Origin: Squalus acanthias
Taxonomy: Eukaryota
Direction of reading: 5' to 3'
Length of the DNA stretch: 64,000 nucleotides
Assembly: GCA_030390025.1 (NCBI GenBank)
Contig: JASTWF010000035.1
Span: 1,116,001 to 1,180,000 of the forward strand
Shown in pieces: positions 1 through 12,466 of the stretch. Positions within the stretch are counted from its first letter, which is position 1. Each line of letters opens with the position of its first letter. The position numbers were made by a program, and so were the translations under genes. Under the pieces are notes generated by a model. The model searched no databases and was not told the origin of the DNA. It worked only from the letters and a program-made list of their open reading frames with translations.

Positions 1-215
1 TTAGTCAAACACGATTTGCCTTTAACTGGCTTTCAGTTATTAACCCATACTTTTTCAAATGCCAATCAATTTTGTCCCGGATTATTGTCTCTAAAGGTTT
101 CCCCATCACAGACGTTAGGCTGACTGGTCTGCAGTTGCCGGGTTTATCCCTCTCCCCTTTTTTGAACAGGGCTGTAACTTTTGCAATCCACCAGTCCTCT
201 GGCACCTTCCCCATA
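1..215 (-). mobile_element. CR1 LINE ORF2 fragment
   Basis: Minus-strand translation VPEDW.IAKVTALFKKG..KPGNCRPVSLTSV. Confidence 0.8.
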
Positions 216-478
216 TGTAGAGGGAGCTTCACTGGACACATCGCACCTACCCGATACAACCCCTTTCAGGGGCACAAACCCCTACCAGACACAACCACCA
301 TCAGAAGTAATCCTACCCAGCGCACAGAACCTATCCACATATACAACCCTACCCACTGGATAATTTTTCTCTAATATTAGCAAAACTTACAGTAAAAAGT
401 GTTGTGTTTGTAGAGAGAAGTCTCAGCTCCCAGCAATCCGATCGCTCCAAATAAGGAGTAAAGGTAATCTGGTCCTGG

Positions 479-667
479 TTTTTTTTATTCGTTCATGGGA
501 CGTGGGCGTCACTGACAAGGCCAGCATTTATTGCCCATCCCTAATTGCTCTTGAGAAGGTGGTGGTGAGCCGCCTTCCTGAACCGCTGCAGTATTTGTTT
601 GTAGCGGTTTGGTACAACTGAGTGGCTTGCTAGGCCAATTCAGAGGGCGGTTGAGAGTCAACGACAT
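479..667 (-). mobile_element. 3' half of a tRNA-derived SINE (tail shared with LINE 14716-17955)
   Basis: Poly-A tail; matches 14957-15025 joined directly to 17843-17950; continues at 12714 after a ~12 kb nested insertion. Confidence 0.8.
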
Positions 668-796
668 AGAGTCATAAGAACATATGAAATAGGAGCAGGA
701 ATAGGCCATTCGGCCCTTCGAGCCTGCTCCGCCATTCCATGAGATCATGGCTGATCTTCTGCCTCAACTCCATTCACCGGCCCTATCGCCATATCC

Positions 797-3126
797 GTAA
801 TCTTGTTGTACGGGGACCCTTGGGTCAGAGCGATCATAACATGATCGATTTCTCACTCGAAATGGAGAGCGAAGAAATTGACTCAGATACTAAGGTCCTG
901 AATTTAAACAAGGGGAATTATGATGCCATTAGACGGGAACTGAGTAGGTATGATTGGACAACGTTCCTGGGAGGACTGGAGGTAGATAAACAATGGCAAG
1001 CATTTAAAGATAGAATGACAAAATTGCAAAAATTGTTTATACCAATCTGGCATAAAAGGAAATCTAAAAAGGAGACTCAACCGTGGATAACAGGGGAAAT
1101 TAGAGACAGCATAAAATCCAAAGATAGGGCGTATAAAATAGCCAAAAAAAGCGCCAGAGCGGAAGATTGGGAACAGTTTAAGATAGAGCAAAGGAGGACA
1201 AAGGGCTTAATCAAGAGGGGCAAAATAGCTTACGAAAGCAAGCTGGCGGAAAATATAAAAACTAACTCCAAAAGCTTTTATAAGTATATCAAGAGGAAAA
1301 GACTGGTGAAAACCAAAGTTGGTCCATTGCAGTCAGATACGGGGGAATATATAACGGGAAATAAAGAAATGGCAGACCAACTAAATGCATACTTTGGGTC
1401 AGTCTTTACGAAGGAAGACACAAAAAACCTCCCTGGGATATCGGGAAAAATAGGGACATTTGCAAAGGAGGAACTGACGCAAGTCAATATCTCTAAGGAT
1501 ATGGTGTTAAGGAAGCTAAAGGGATTGAAGGTGGACAAATCCCCAGGGCCTGATAACATGCATCCTAGGGTGCTGAAGGAGGTGGCCCTAGAGATAGCGG
1601 ATGCACTAAGTATGATTTTTCAGAATTCATTAGACTCGGGAACAGTGCCCATGGATTGGAGGGTAGCTAACGTTACCCCACTATTCAAAAAGGGGGGTAG
1701 GGAAAAAGCAGGTAATTACAGACCTGTAAGCCTTACATCAGTTGTGGGCAAAATGCTGGAGTCCATCATTAAGGATGAAATAGCGGAGCACTTAGCAAAT
1801 GGGGACAGGATAGGACAGAGTCAACATGGATTTACAAAGGGTAAATCGTGCTTGACTAATCTATTGGAATTTTTTGAGGGAGTAACTGGTAAAATAGATG
1901 GGGGAGAGCCAGTAGATGTGGTGTACCTGGACTTCCAAAAGGCCTTCGATAAGGTCCCACATAAAAGATTAGCAGGGAAAATTGAAGCTCATGGGATAAA
2001 GGGGAAAGTATTGATGTGGATAGAGAACTGGCTGTCAGATAGAAAACAGAGAGTTGGAATAAACGGCTCATTTTCTGAATGGCAGGCAGTAACAAGTGGG
2101 GTACCACAGGGATCTGTCCTGGGTCCCCAGCTGTTCACAATTTACATTAATGACCTGGATCAGGGAGTCGGATGCAGCATTTCCAAATTTGCAGACGACA
2201 CTAAACTAGGAGGGGGGGTGGGCTCAGAGGAGGAGACCAGGAAGCTCCAGAGCGATTTGGACAGACTGGGTGATTGGGCGGATAAATGGCAGATGCACTA
2301 TAATGTGGACAAGTGCGAAGTTATCCACCTTGGGTGCAGGAACGGGAGGGCAAATTATTATTTAAATGGCAATAAATTGGGAGAGGGGGAAGTACAGAGA
2401 GACCTGGGTGTTCTTGTACACCAGTCACTGAAGGCGAGCATGCAGGTGCAACAGGCGGTCAAGAAGGCAAACGGTATGCTGGCCTTCATAGCAAAAGGGT
2501 TGGAATACAGGAACAGGGATACCTTGCTGCAGCTGTACAGGGCACTGGTGAGACCACACCTCGAGTACTGTGTACAGTTTTGGTCGCCTCATCTGAGGAA
2601 AGATGTTCTTGCCATGGAGGGGGTGCAGCGGCGATTCACCAGGCTGATACCAGGAATGGCGGGATTGACCTATGAGGAGAGACTATGTAGTTTAGGGATG
2701 TACACACTGGAGTTTAGAAGATTGAGAGGGGACCTCATAGAAGTGTATAAAATTCTGACAGGTCTAGACAGACTAGATGCAGAAGGAATGTTTCCCTTGG
2801 CGGGTGAGAACAGAACTAGAGGACATAATTTAAGGATAAGGGCTAAACCATTTAGGACAGAAATGAGGGGGAATTTCTTCACTCAGAGGGTGGTGAACCT
2901 GTGGAACTCATTGCCACAGAGGGCAGTGTACGCCAGCTCATTAAATATATTTAAGAGGGAATTAGATATATTTCTACAGGCAAAAGGGGTTAAGGGTTAC
3001 GGAGAGAAGGCGGGGACGGGATACTGAATTGGAGGATCAGCCATGATCTCATTAAATGGCGGAGCAGGCTCGAAGGGCTGGATGGCCTACTCCTGCTCCT
3101 ATCTTCTATGTATCTATGTATCTATG
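797..3126 (+). mobile_element. Young 5'-truncated CR1 LINE
   Basis: Duplicated tatcc (792-796 / 3127-3131); (tctatgta)n tail; uninterrupted ORF2. Confidence 0.93.
799..3027 (+). CDS. CR1 ORF2 reverse transcriptase (N-terminally truncated, no stops)
   Basis: NYRPVSLTS, QHGF, YLDFQKAFDKV, GVPQGSVLGP, FADD motifs; ORF-track start at 739 lies in the host element. Confidence 0.9.
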   Translation, partial: NLVVRGPLGQSDHNMIDFSLEMESEEIDSDTKVLNLNKGNYDAIRRELSRYDWTTFLGGLEVDKQWQAFKDRMTKLQKLFIPIWHKRKSKKETQPWITGEIRDSIKSKDRAYKIAKKSARAEDWEQFKIEQRRTKGLIKRGKIAYESKLAENIKTNSKSFYKYIKRKRLVKTKVGPLQSDTGEYITGNKEMADQLNAYFGSVFTKEDTKNLPGISGKIGTFAKEELTQVNISKDMVLRKLKGLKVDKSPGPDNMHPRVLKEVALEIADALSMIFQNSLDSGTVPMDWRVANVTPLFKKGGREKAGNYRPVSLTSVVGKMLESIIKDEIAEHLANGDRIGQSQHGFTKGKSCLTNLLEFFEGVTGKIDGGEPVDVVYLDFQKAFDKVPHKRLAGKIEAHGIKGKVLMWIENWLSDRKQRVGINGSFSEWQAVTSGVPQGSVLGPQLFTIYINDLDQGVGCSISKFADDTKLGGGVGSEEETRKLQSDLDRLGDWADKWQMHYNVDKCEVIHLGCRNGRANYYLNGNKLGEGEVQRDLGVLVHQSLKASMQVQQAVKKANGMLAFIAKGLEYRNRDTLLQLYRALVRPHLEYCVQFWSPHLRKDVLAMEGVQRRFTRLIPGMAGLTYEERLCSLGMYTLEFRRLRGDLIEVYKILTGLDRLDAEGMFPLAGENRTRGHNLRIRAKPFRTEMRGNFFTQRVVNLWNSLPQRAVYASSLNIFKRELDIFLQAKGVKGYGEKAGTGY

Positions 3127-5165
3127 TATCCCTTGATGCCCTTACAAGTCAGAAATCTATCGACTTCTGTTTTGAATATACCCAATGACTGAGTCTCCAC
3201 AGCCCTCTGGGGTAGAGAATTCCAAAGATTCACCACTCTCTGTGTGAAGAAATTTCATCTCATCTCAGTCTTGAATGGCCTACCCTTTATCTTGAGGCTG
3301 TGGCCCCTGGTTCTAGACTCCCCAGCCAAGGGAAACATTCTCCCAGCATCCATCCTATCAAGCCCTGTAATAATTTTGTATGCTTCAATGAGATCCCCTC
3401 TCATTCTTCTGAATTCAAGAGAATACAGGCCTAGTTTACTCAATCTCTTCTCATACGACAGTCCCGCCATCCCAGGAATCAATCTCGTGAACCTTTGTTG
3501 CACTCCCTCTATGGCAAGTATATCCTTCCTTAGGTAAGGAGACCAAAATTGTACACAGTACTCCAGGTGTGGTCTCACCAAGGCCCTATATAATTGGAGT
3601 AAGACTTCTTTACTCCTGTACTCAAATCCTCTTGTAATGAAAGCCAGCATACCATTTGCCTTCCTAATGGCTTGCTGCACCTGCACATTCACTTTCATTG
3701 ACTCATGTACAAGGACACCCAGGTCCCTTTGAGAATCTGAATTCCCCAATCTTTCACTATTTAGGAAATACTCTGCCTTTCAGTTTTTTCTACCAAAGTG
3801 GATAACTTCACATTTATCCACATTATATTCCATCCGCCATGTTCTCGCCCACTCACTGAGCCTGTCGAGAGCCCCTTGAAGCCTCTTCACATCCTTTTCG
3901 CAACTGACACTGCCACCTAACTTTGTGTCATCAGCAAATTTGGAAATGTTACATTTAGTCCCCTCATCCAAATCATTGATATAGATTGTGAATAGCTGGG
4001 GCCTAAGCACCAATCCTTGCGGTACCCCACTAGTCACAGCCTGCCATCCTGAAAAAGACCCGTTTATCCCTACTCTTTGTTTTCTGTCTGTTAACCAATT
4101 CTCAATCCATGCTAGTATATTACCCCCAATTCCATGTGCCCTAATTTTGTTCACCAACCTCTTGTGTGGGACCTTATCGAAGGCCTTCTGAAAATCCAGA
4201 TACACCACACCTCCCCTTTGTCCACTCCACTAGTTACATCCTCAAAGAACTCCAATAGGTTTGTCAAACAGGATTTCCCTTTCATAAATCCATGTTGACT
4301 CTGCCCAATCTTACTATTAGTTTCTAAGTGCCCAGTTATTGCATCCTTTATAATAGATTCCAGCATTTTCCCAACTACTGATGTGAGACTAACAGGTCTG
4401 TAGTTCCCCATTTTCTCTCTCCCTCCTTTCTTAAATAGCGGGGTTACATTTGCTATCCTCCAATCTGCAGGAACCATTCCAGAATCTATAGAATTTTGGA
4501 AGATGACAACCAATGCGTCCACTATTCCAATGGCCACCTCTTTCAATACCCTAGGATGTAGGTCATCCGGTCCTTGGGATTTATCAACTTTTAGTCCCAT
4601 TAATTTTGCTAGTACTGTTTATTTACGAATAATAATTTCTTTAAGTTCCTCATTCTCGTCACACCCTTGGTTTTCTCGTATTTCTGGGAGGTTTTTTGTG
4701 TCCTCCGTGAAGACAGAAACAAAGTATTTATTTAATTTCTCTGCCATTTCCTCATTCCCCATTATAAATTCTCCCGTCTCTGACGGTAAAGGACCTACAT
4801 TTACCTTCGCCAGTCTTTTCCTTTTCACATACCTATAGAAGCTTTTACAATCCGTTTTTATATTTTTTGCTAGTTTGTGCTCAGATTTCATTTTCCCTTT
4901 CTTTATCAATTTCTTGGTCCCCCTTTGCTGATTTCTAAAAAGATCCCAATCCTCAGGCTGACCGCTTTTTCTGGCAACTTTATAAGCTTCCTCCTTTGAC
5001 TTAACATAGAGTTATAACGGTACAGATGGAGGCCATTCGGCCCATCGAGTCCGTGCCAGCTCTCTGTAGAGCAATCCAATCAGTCCCATTCCCCCGCTCT
5101 ATCCCCGTAGCCCTGCAAGTTTATTTCCCTCAAGTTCCTATCCAGTCTCCCCTTGAAAACATTGA

Positions 5166-6058
5166 GGGGTAAAAATTCAGTTGGTTGCACCTCCCGTTAG
5201 CGCCTTAAGAGGGCGCTAATGGGGCGCAAAGCCACTAACGCCCGGGCGCAGCGATGTTTGCGCCGCTCGGGAACTTAACTAGAGATTGTGCGGCGGCGCT
5301 AAACCTTACCGCTGCGACCACCTGCGCGCACAGATTGTGACGTCATTCCATGGTGCAATGCCCTTGTGGCGCCCCGGAGCGGAAATTGAGTGGCGCCCCC
5401 TGCCTTACCGCCTGGCGCATCCAACGACCAGAAGACTGGAACGCTATCAATCGCTGTGGGGCTCGGGGGGGCGCTATTTAAAGGGGGCCTCTTCCTGTCT
5501 TTTATTGTTGATGGCATTTTTGAACTACGCATTCTGAGAGAGAGAGGGAGAGACTTCTGGAGAGATTCAACGTTGTGTGAAGGAGTTTTGGGTACTGAGC
5601 AGCACTTTGCAGGTTCATTTTGATTTGCCATTCCTTGTATCGATTTAGCAGAGACTGTGGGAGCTGCACTCTGAGCTCTTTGCCTGGTACTCTCCATTGT
5701 TCTTTCCAGCACATTTGATGTGCAAGTCTCTCCAGGCTGAGATTCAAGGCTGCAATGAACAGGATGTGGATGGAAAGCAAGATTAACCATCCCCTTTAAG
5801 AACTGGCCCGTGCCATTGTGTGTGTGTTCCATTGCTGACTGACATTACATGAGCTTCGCCAGCGCTCTGAGTTAGCGCCTCACTCCTTGGCCTTTGCACC
5901 TTAAGACAGGTGTGCAGCACCTGCTTTAGCGCTCCACTCACCTCCCGGGGCGGTAAAAGTGAAGTTTCCAGTCAGTGCCGATAATTAGCGCCAGGCGCTA
6001 ATATTTGCGTCCAGACGATATTTGCGCCCCAAATGGGGCGCGACCTAATTTCTACCCC
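5166..6058 (+). mobile_element. Non-autonomous PIF/Harbinger element (internal-deletion relative of 18284-22408)
   Basis: Termini ggggtaaaaattc / aatttctacccc; 3-bp TSD tga; CR1 host rejoins as aaaacattgagtgtctcc; both ends similar to the autonomous copy. Confidence 0.9.
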
Positions 6059-9000
6059 TGAGTGTCTCCGCTTCCACCACTTCCGTCGGCAGCGAGTTCC
6101 AGGTCCTCACCACTCGCTGTGTAAAAAAGTTTTTCCTCACGTCCCCCCTGTATCTCTTGCCCAAAACCTTAAATCTATGTCCCCTAGTCCTTGTACCATT
6201 AACTAGTGGGAACAGCCTTTCCCCGTCTAGCCTATCCAAACCCATCATAATCTTGTACACCTCTATCAAATCACCCCTCAACCTCCTTTGCTCTAATGAA
6301 AACAAATCCAGCTTCTCCAACCTGTCCTAGCTAAGATCCCCCATCCCCGGAACTATTCTGGTAAATCTCCTCTGCACCCTCTCAAGGGCCTTCACATCCT
6401 TCCTAAAGTGTGGTGACCAGAACTGGACGCAATACTCCAGTTGTGGCCTAACCAGCGCTTTATAAAGGTTCAGCATAACTTCTCTACTTTTGTACTCAAT
6501 ACCTCTATTTATGAAGCCCAAGATCCCATATGTTTTGCTAACCACTCTCTCAATATGTCCCGTCACCTTCGGGGACCTATGCACATTAACTCCCAGGTCC
6601 CTCTGTCCCTGCACACTCTTTAAAACTGTGCCATTAAGTGTATATTGCCTCTCCCTGTTCCTTCTGCCAACATGCATTACCTCACACTTCTCTGTATTAA
6701 ATTCCATCTGCCACTTGTCTGCCCATTCTGCTAGCCTTTCTATGTCCTGTTGCAGTCGATTGGTATCATCCTCACTGTTTGCCACACCCCCAAGTTTGGT
6801 GTAATTGGCAAATTTAGCAATTCTACTCTGTATTCCAATATCCAGGTTATATATATATATCAAAAAAAAACAGTGGCCCCAGCACTGACCTTTTACAAAT
6901 CCGTGTTGGCTCTCCTTAATTAGCTTAAACCTCTCCAAGTGCCCATTAATTTTTTCCTTGATTATTGTTTCTAAAACCACTGATGTTAAACTGACTGGCC
7001 TGTAGTTACTAGGATTGTCCTTGCACCCTTTCTTGAACAATGATGTCACATTTGCCACTTTCCAATCCTCAGGCACCTCCCCCGCATCTAGGGAAGATTG
7101 GGAAATTATGGCAAGCCCTTCCACTATCTCCTCCCCCAATTCCCTTAGTAACCTGGGATGCAAGCCATCTGGACCAGGCGACTTATCCACTCTAAGCATA
7201 CCCAGTCTTTCTAGTACATCCTGTCTATCAATTTTCACCCCTTCCATTGCTTCTACCTTTTCCACTTCTACCGATATTTTGTCTGCATCCACCTCCTTAG
7301 TAAACACCGATACAAAGTACTCATTGAGTATTCTAGCCTTGCCCTGCGCCTCTAAGCAGATATCACCTTCTTTGTCCCTAATAGGCCCCACCCTGCCTCT
7401 TACTACCCGCTTACTGTATACATGCAGGTAGAAGATTTTTGGGTTACCTTTTATGTTAACCGCCATTCTACTCTCATATTCTCTCTTTGCCAATCTTATT
7501 TTCATCTTCACTTCCCCTCTCAACTTACCGTATTTGGTCTGGTTCTTCCTTGAAGAATTCACCTGACATTCATCATACACCCTCTTTTTTTGTTTCATCA
7601 TCTTCTCAATCTCCCTTGTCATCCAAGGAACCCTTGCTTTGGTTCCCTTACCTTTCCCTCTTGTTGGAATGTACCTAGCCTGTACTTGGAACATCTCCTC
7701 CTTAAAGATCACCCATTTTTCCGTTAAAGTTTTTCCTGTCAGTCATTGGTTCCATTTTACCCTGGCTAGAACCTTTCGCATCCCATTGAAGTTAGCCCTG
7801 TTCCAGTTTAGAAGTTCCACTCTAGATTGTTCCTTGCTCCTCTCCATTGCTAATCTAAATCTTATGATACAATGATCACTTGTACCCAAGTGTTCTCCCA
7901 CAGACACTTGGTCGACCTGGCCCACCTCATTCCCCAGCACCAGATCCAGCAATGCCTCCTTCCTAGTTGGGCCAAGAACATACTGGTCAAGGAAATTCTC
8001 CTGAACACATTTCAGAAATTCCTCCCCCTCCTTTCCCTTTACCCTAGCATTATCCCAATCGATATTTGGGTAATTAAAGTCCCCCAATATCACTACTCTA
8101 TAACTCCGCGATTTCCCTGCAGATTTACTCCTCTACCTCCCTCTCACTATTTGGAGGCCTATAGAATACCCCCAATAGCGTGATCATACCCTTTTTGTTG
8201 CTCAACTTGTCCCCTCAAGAACATCCTCCCTTTCCAACACTACAATGTCTTCCTTAATCAGCACTGCCACCCCAACTCCCTTTTTTCCTTTCCTATCTTT
8301 TCTGAACACCTTGTACCCTTCAATATTAAGTGCCCAGTCCTCACCCTTTTTAAGCCACATTTCCGTTATTGCCACAACATTATATTGCCACAAGGCTAAT
8401 TGTGCTTGTAGCTCACCAACCTTATTCACCACACTTTGTGCGTTTGCGTACATGCATTCTAAACCCATTTTTGAATTTTTCGTAGTCTTCCTTATTCTGC
8501 TCCTATTTAATGCTCCCCTTAAGTACCATCCAACACACTCAGTCTTCCATGCACCCCATTCCTCCCCTCCACTCCTATATGCTGGTGCCCATCCCGCTGC
8601 CAAACTAGTTTAAACCCTCCCCAACAGCCCTAGCAAACCTCCCCGCGAGAATATTGGTCCCGGCTCTGTTGAGGTGTAACCCTTCCGGCTTGTACAGGTC
8701 CCACCTTGCCCAGAAATGGTCCCAATGCCTCAGGAATCTAAAGCCCTCCCTCCTGCACCATCTCTCCAACCATGCATTCATCTGTTCTATCCTCCTATTC
8801 CTGTACTCACTAGCATGTGGCACCGGGTGTCTTAGGCAGGCAGTCCCTCGAAACCAAGGATGACTTGCTTCCACATTAAAAATGAGTTCTCAGGTGACTG
8901 ATGAGTCCAATGCGGGACCTACAGTCTCTGTCACAGGTGGAGCAGATGGTGGTTGAAGGGGAGGGTGCGTGGGGTGCTTGGGTTGACGTGCGCTCCTTGC

Positions 9001-9714
9001 GCTGCTTGCGCTTGGCTTCTGCTTGCTCCCGGCGAAGAGACTCGAGGTGTTCGGCGCCTTCCCGATGCTTCTCCTCCACTTTGTGCGGTCTTGGGCCAGG
9101 GATTCCCAGGTGTCAGTGGGGATGTTGCACGTTTTCAAGGAGGCTTTGAGGGTGTCCTTGAAGCTTTTCCTCTGCCCACCTGGGGCTCTCTTGCCGTGTC
9201 GGAGCTCCGAGTAGAGCGCTTGTTTTGGGAGTCTCGTATCGGGCATGCGGACGATGTGACCCGTCCATCGGAGCTGATCGAGGGTGGTCAAAGCTTCGAT
9301 GCTGGGGATGTTGGCCTGAGCGAGAACACTGACGTTGGTGCGCATATCCTGCCAATGGATTTGCAGGATCTTGCGGAGGCAGCGTTGGTGGTACCCCTCC
9401 AGTGCTTTGAGGTGCCTGCTGTACATGGTCCATGTCTCTGAGGCATACAGCAGGGCGGGTATCACTGCTGCTCTGTAGACCATGAGCTTAGTGCCGGGTT
9501 TGAGGTCCTGCTCTACAAACACTCTCTTTCTCAGGCGACCGAAGGCTACACTGGCACACTGAAGGCAGTGTTGGACTTCGTCATCGACGTCTGCCCTTGT
9601 TGACAGTAGGCTCCCGAGGTATGGAAAGTGGTCCACGTTGTCCAAGGCCTTGTCGTGGATTTTGATAATCGGGGGGCAGTACTGTGTGGTGGGGGCAGGT
9701 TGGTAGAGGACCTT

Positions 9715-10421
9715 AGTATACTGTATTCGCTGCTCACGATGTGGTCTCCTCTACATTGGGGAGACCAAACGCAGATTGGGTGACCGCTTTGCGGAACACC
9801 TCCGTTCAGTCCGTAAGGGGGACCCTGAGCTCCCGGTGGCCTGTCACTTTAATTCACCGCTCCATTCCCACTCAGACCTCACCGTCCTTGGCCTCTTGCA
9901 TTGTTCCACGGAAGCTCAGCGTAAGCTCGAGGAACAGCACCTCATCTTTCGATTAGGCACTCTACAGCCCTCTGTACTCAACATAGAGTTCAACAATTTC
10001 AGATCATAACCTCGGCCCCTATTACATATATACATATTTTTCCACACTTTTGTTTGCCCTTTTTTTCTTCCCTCCCACATGGCAGCTGTCCTTCATTCTG
10101 CCAGCGCAATTCACACTTCATCTAGAGCCATCCTTTGTTCCTTAACCTGTCCCATTACCAGCTCCTCTTACCTTGAATATCTCTTAATGTCTCTCAATGT
10201 CTCTTAATCTCTCCTGCTTTCTATCCTATCACTGACCTTCCCTTTTGTTCCTTCATCCCCTCCCCCTTTTCCCAGCCCCTAAACTTGCTTTAAAATCTAT
10301 TCCATTTCCTGCTTGTTTCCAGTTCTGACGAAAGGTCTTCGACCTGAAACGTTAACTCTGTTTCTCTCTCCACGGATGCTGCCTGGCCTGCTGAGTTTTT
10401 GCAGCGTTTTCTGTTGTTATT
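9715..10421 (+). mobile_element. Penelope-like element 3' fragment (GIY-YIG endonuclease + pLTR)
   Basis: VYCIRCSRCGLLYIGETKRRLGDRFAEH...PSVLN; 15-bp TSD ttggtagaggacctt (9700-9714 / 10422-10436). Confidence 0.9.
10319..10360 (+). ncRNA. Minimal hammerhead ribozyme in Penelope pLTR
   Basis: CTGACGA core, stem II aggtc-ttc-gacct, GAAAC-GTTA palindromic stem III. Confidence 0.8.
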
Positions 10422-12466
10422 TTGGTAGAGGACCTTTGTCTTACGGATGTTTAGTATAAGGCCCATGCTCTCGTATGCTTCGGTGAAGGTGTTGACGATG
10501 GTTTGGAGTTTGACCTCCGAGTGAGCGCAGATGCAAGCGTCGTCTGCATACTGTAATTTGACGACAGAGGATGGGACGACCTTGGATCTGGGCTGGAGGC
10601 GACAGAGGTTGAACAGTTTCCCGTTTGTTCTGTAAATTAGCTCCACTCCAGCAGGGAGCTTATTGAGGGTGAGATGGAGCATTGCAGCAAGGAAGATCGA
10701 GAAGAGCGTTGGTGCAATGACACAGCCTTGCTTGACCCCGGTCCATACGTGAATTGGGTCTGTGGTGGAACCGTTGGTCAGGATCACGGCTTACATGTCG
10801 TCGTGAAGCAGGCGGAGGATGGTGACAAACTTTTGAGGGCAGCCGAATTTGAGGAGGACACTCCATAATCCCTCACGGTTGACAGTGTCGAAGGCCTTTC
10901 TGAGGTCAAAGAAGGCCATGTACAGCGGTTGGTGCTGTGCCCTGCATTTCTCTTGTAATTGACGCGCGGTGAAGATCATGTCCATTGTGCCCCTTATTGG
11001 GCGGAATCCGCATTGCGACTCTGGGAGGAGCTCTTCGGCCACTGGGAGAAGGCGATTGAGGAGGATTCTTGCGATGATTTTCCCTGTGGCAGACAGCAGG
11101 GAAACTCCTCTGTAATTACCGCAATCGGACTTGACACCTTTCTTGAAGATGGTCACAATTACGGCGTCCCTGAGATCCCCTGGCATGCTCTGCTCCTTCC
11201 AGATAAGAAAAATTAGTTCATGAATTCACGCCAGTAGTGCTTCTCCGCCATGCTTTAGTGCCTCGGCAGGGATTCCATCTGCTCCTGAGGCCTTGTTGTT
11301 CTTCAGTTGTCGGATGGCCTTTTCAACCTGATGCCGGGCTGGGGTTGTGCTGAGGTGGTGGCGGGTAGCACGCTGCGGGATGGAGTTGAAGACACTCGCG
11401 TCGAAGACTGAGTCTTGGTTAAGGAGATCTTCGAAGTGCTCCTTCCAGCGGGCACTGACTGCCTCTCTGTCCTTGATGAGTACCTCTCCGTTCTTGGCCC
11501 GCAGTGGGGTAGGACCTTGGGTGCTTGGGCCGTAGGTGGTCTTGACTGCGCTAAAGAATCCACGCACGTCATGGTTGTCGGCTAGCTGCTGGATCTCCTG
11601 CGCTTTCTCCACCCACCATCTGTTCTTTAGGTCGCGAGTTTTTTGTTGGACCTCGGCCTTCAGGCATCTGTACAGCTGCTTTCTTGCTCTCGAGTTGTGT
11701 TGCTGTTTCCAGATCAGGAATGCTTTGCGCTTACGGCTTATTAGCTCCTGGATCTCCTGGTCGTTCTCGTTGAACCAGTCTTGGTGTTTCCTGGTCGAGT
11801 GACCGAACGTCTCTTCACAGGTGCTGATTATGGAGGCCTTGAGTGCAGACCAGGCGCTGTGGACACTCTGTGTCTCTGCATCACACTGCATCCTACGAAA
11901 CCCAGGCAGAGAGGACCTGCGGGAAGGAGGGAGGAGGACAGTAGCAGTATGTTTGTGTGTGTGTGCTAGGCCGATGTAGCAGAGCCTGGTCTCCAATCGT
12001 CTTGGATCCCCTTGCCATTGGACCAAGACCTTGCTCTATCAAGCCCATGTGGTAGCTGGTGTGCAACGGCCACCCCACGTTAAAATAATTCACGCACAGG
12101 CACCTTCCACCCTTTAAAATGAAGTTCGGGACCTGGAACATCAGGACCCTCATGGACAACCCCGACAGTGACAGACCGGAACGCCGTACTGCTATCGTTG
12201 CCCGGGAGAGCAGACGTTTCGACATTGACATCGCCGCCCTAAGTGAAGGCCAGCTCAAGGAGCAAGGCGGTGGCTACACCTAATCTGGAGATTACTCCCT
12301 TTTAAGTCTTGCTTTTTAATCTCTTTCCTAGCTCCCTATATCTGCCTGTAGGACCTCATCCCTCTTTCTGCCTATGTCGTTGGTACCAATATGGACAACG
12401 ACCTCTGGCTGTTCACCCTCCCCCCTCAGAGTGTCCTGCAGCCGCTCAGTGACATCCTTGACCCTG

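Larger units (their letters stand above)
678..5003 (-). mobile_element. 5'-truncated degenerate CR1, interrupted by CR1 797-3126
   Basis: ORF pieces 3255-4909; CR1 3' hairpin and tail at 678-790. Confidence 0.85.
8829..12280 (-). mobile_element. RTE-clade LINE with an inverted 5' segment (~11890-12280 on +)
   Basis: RT pieces (PESQCGFRP, GVKQGCVIAP, YADD) and C-terminal zinc knuckle on minus; APE N-terminus MKFGTWNIRTLMD on plus at ~12119. Confidence 0.9.

Noticed and set aside
414..463. Possible small exon (ttgtag...aag|gtaatc)
   Set aside because: Two frames contain stops and the open frame shows no recognisable ADAM motif; cannot be supported.
739..796. Novel N-termini on ORFs 739..3027, 34889..37360 and 50183..50608
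   Set aside because: Chance read-through from host or inverted sequence across insertion junctions.
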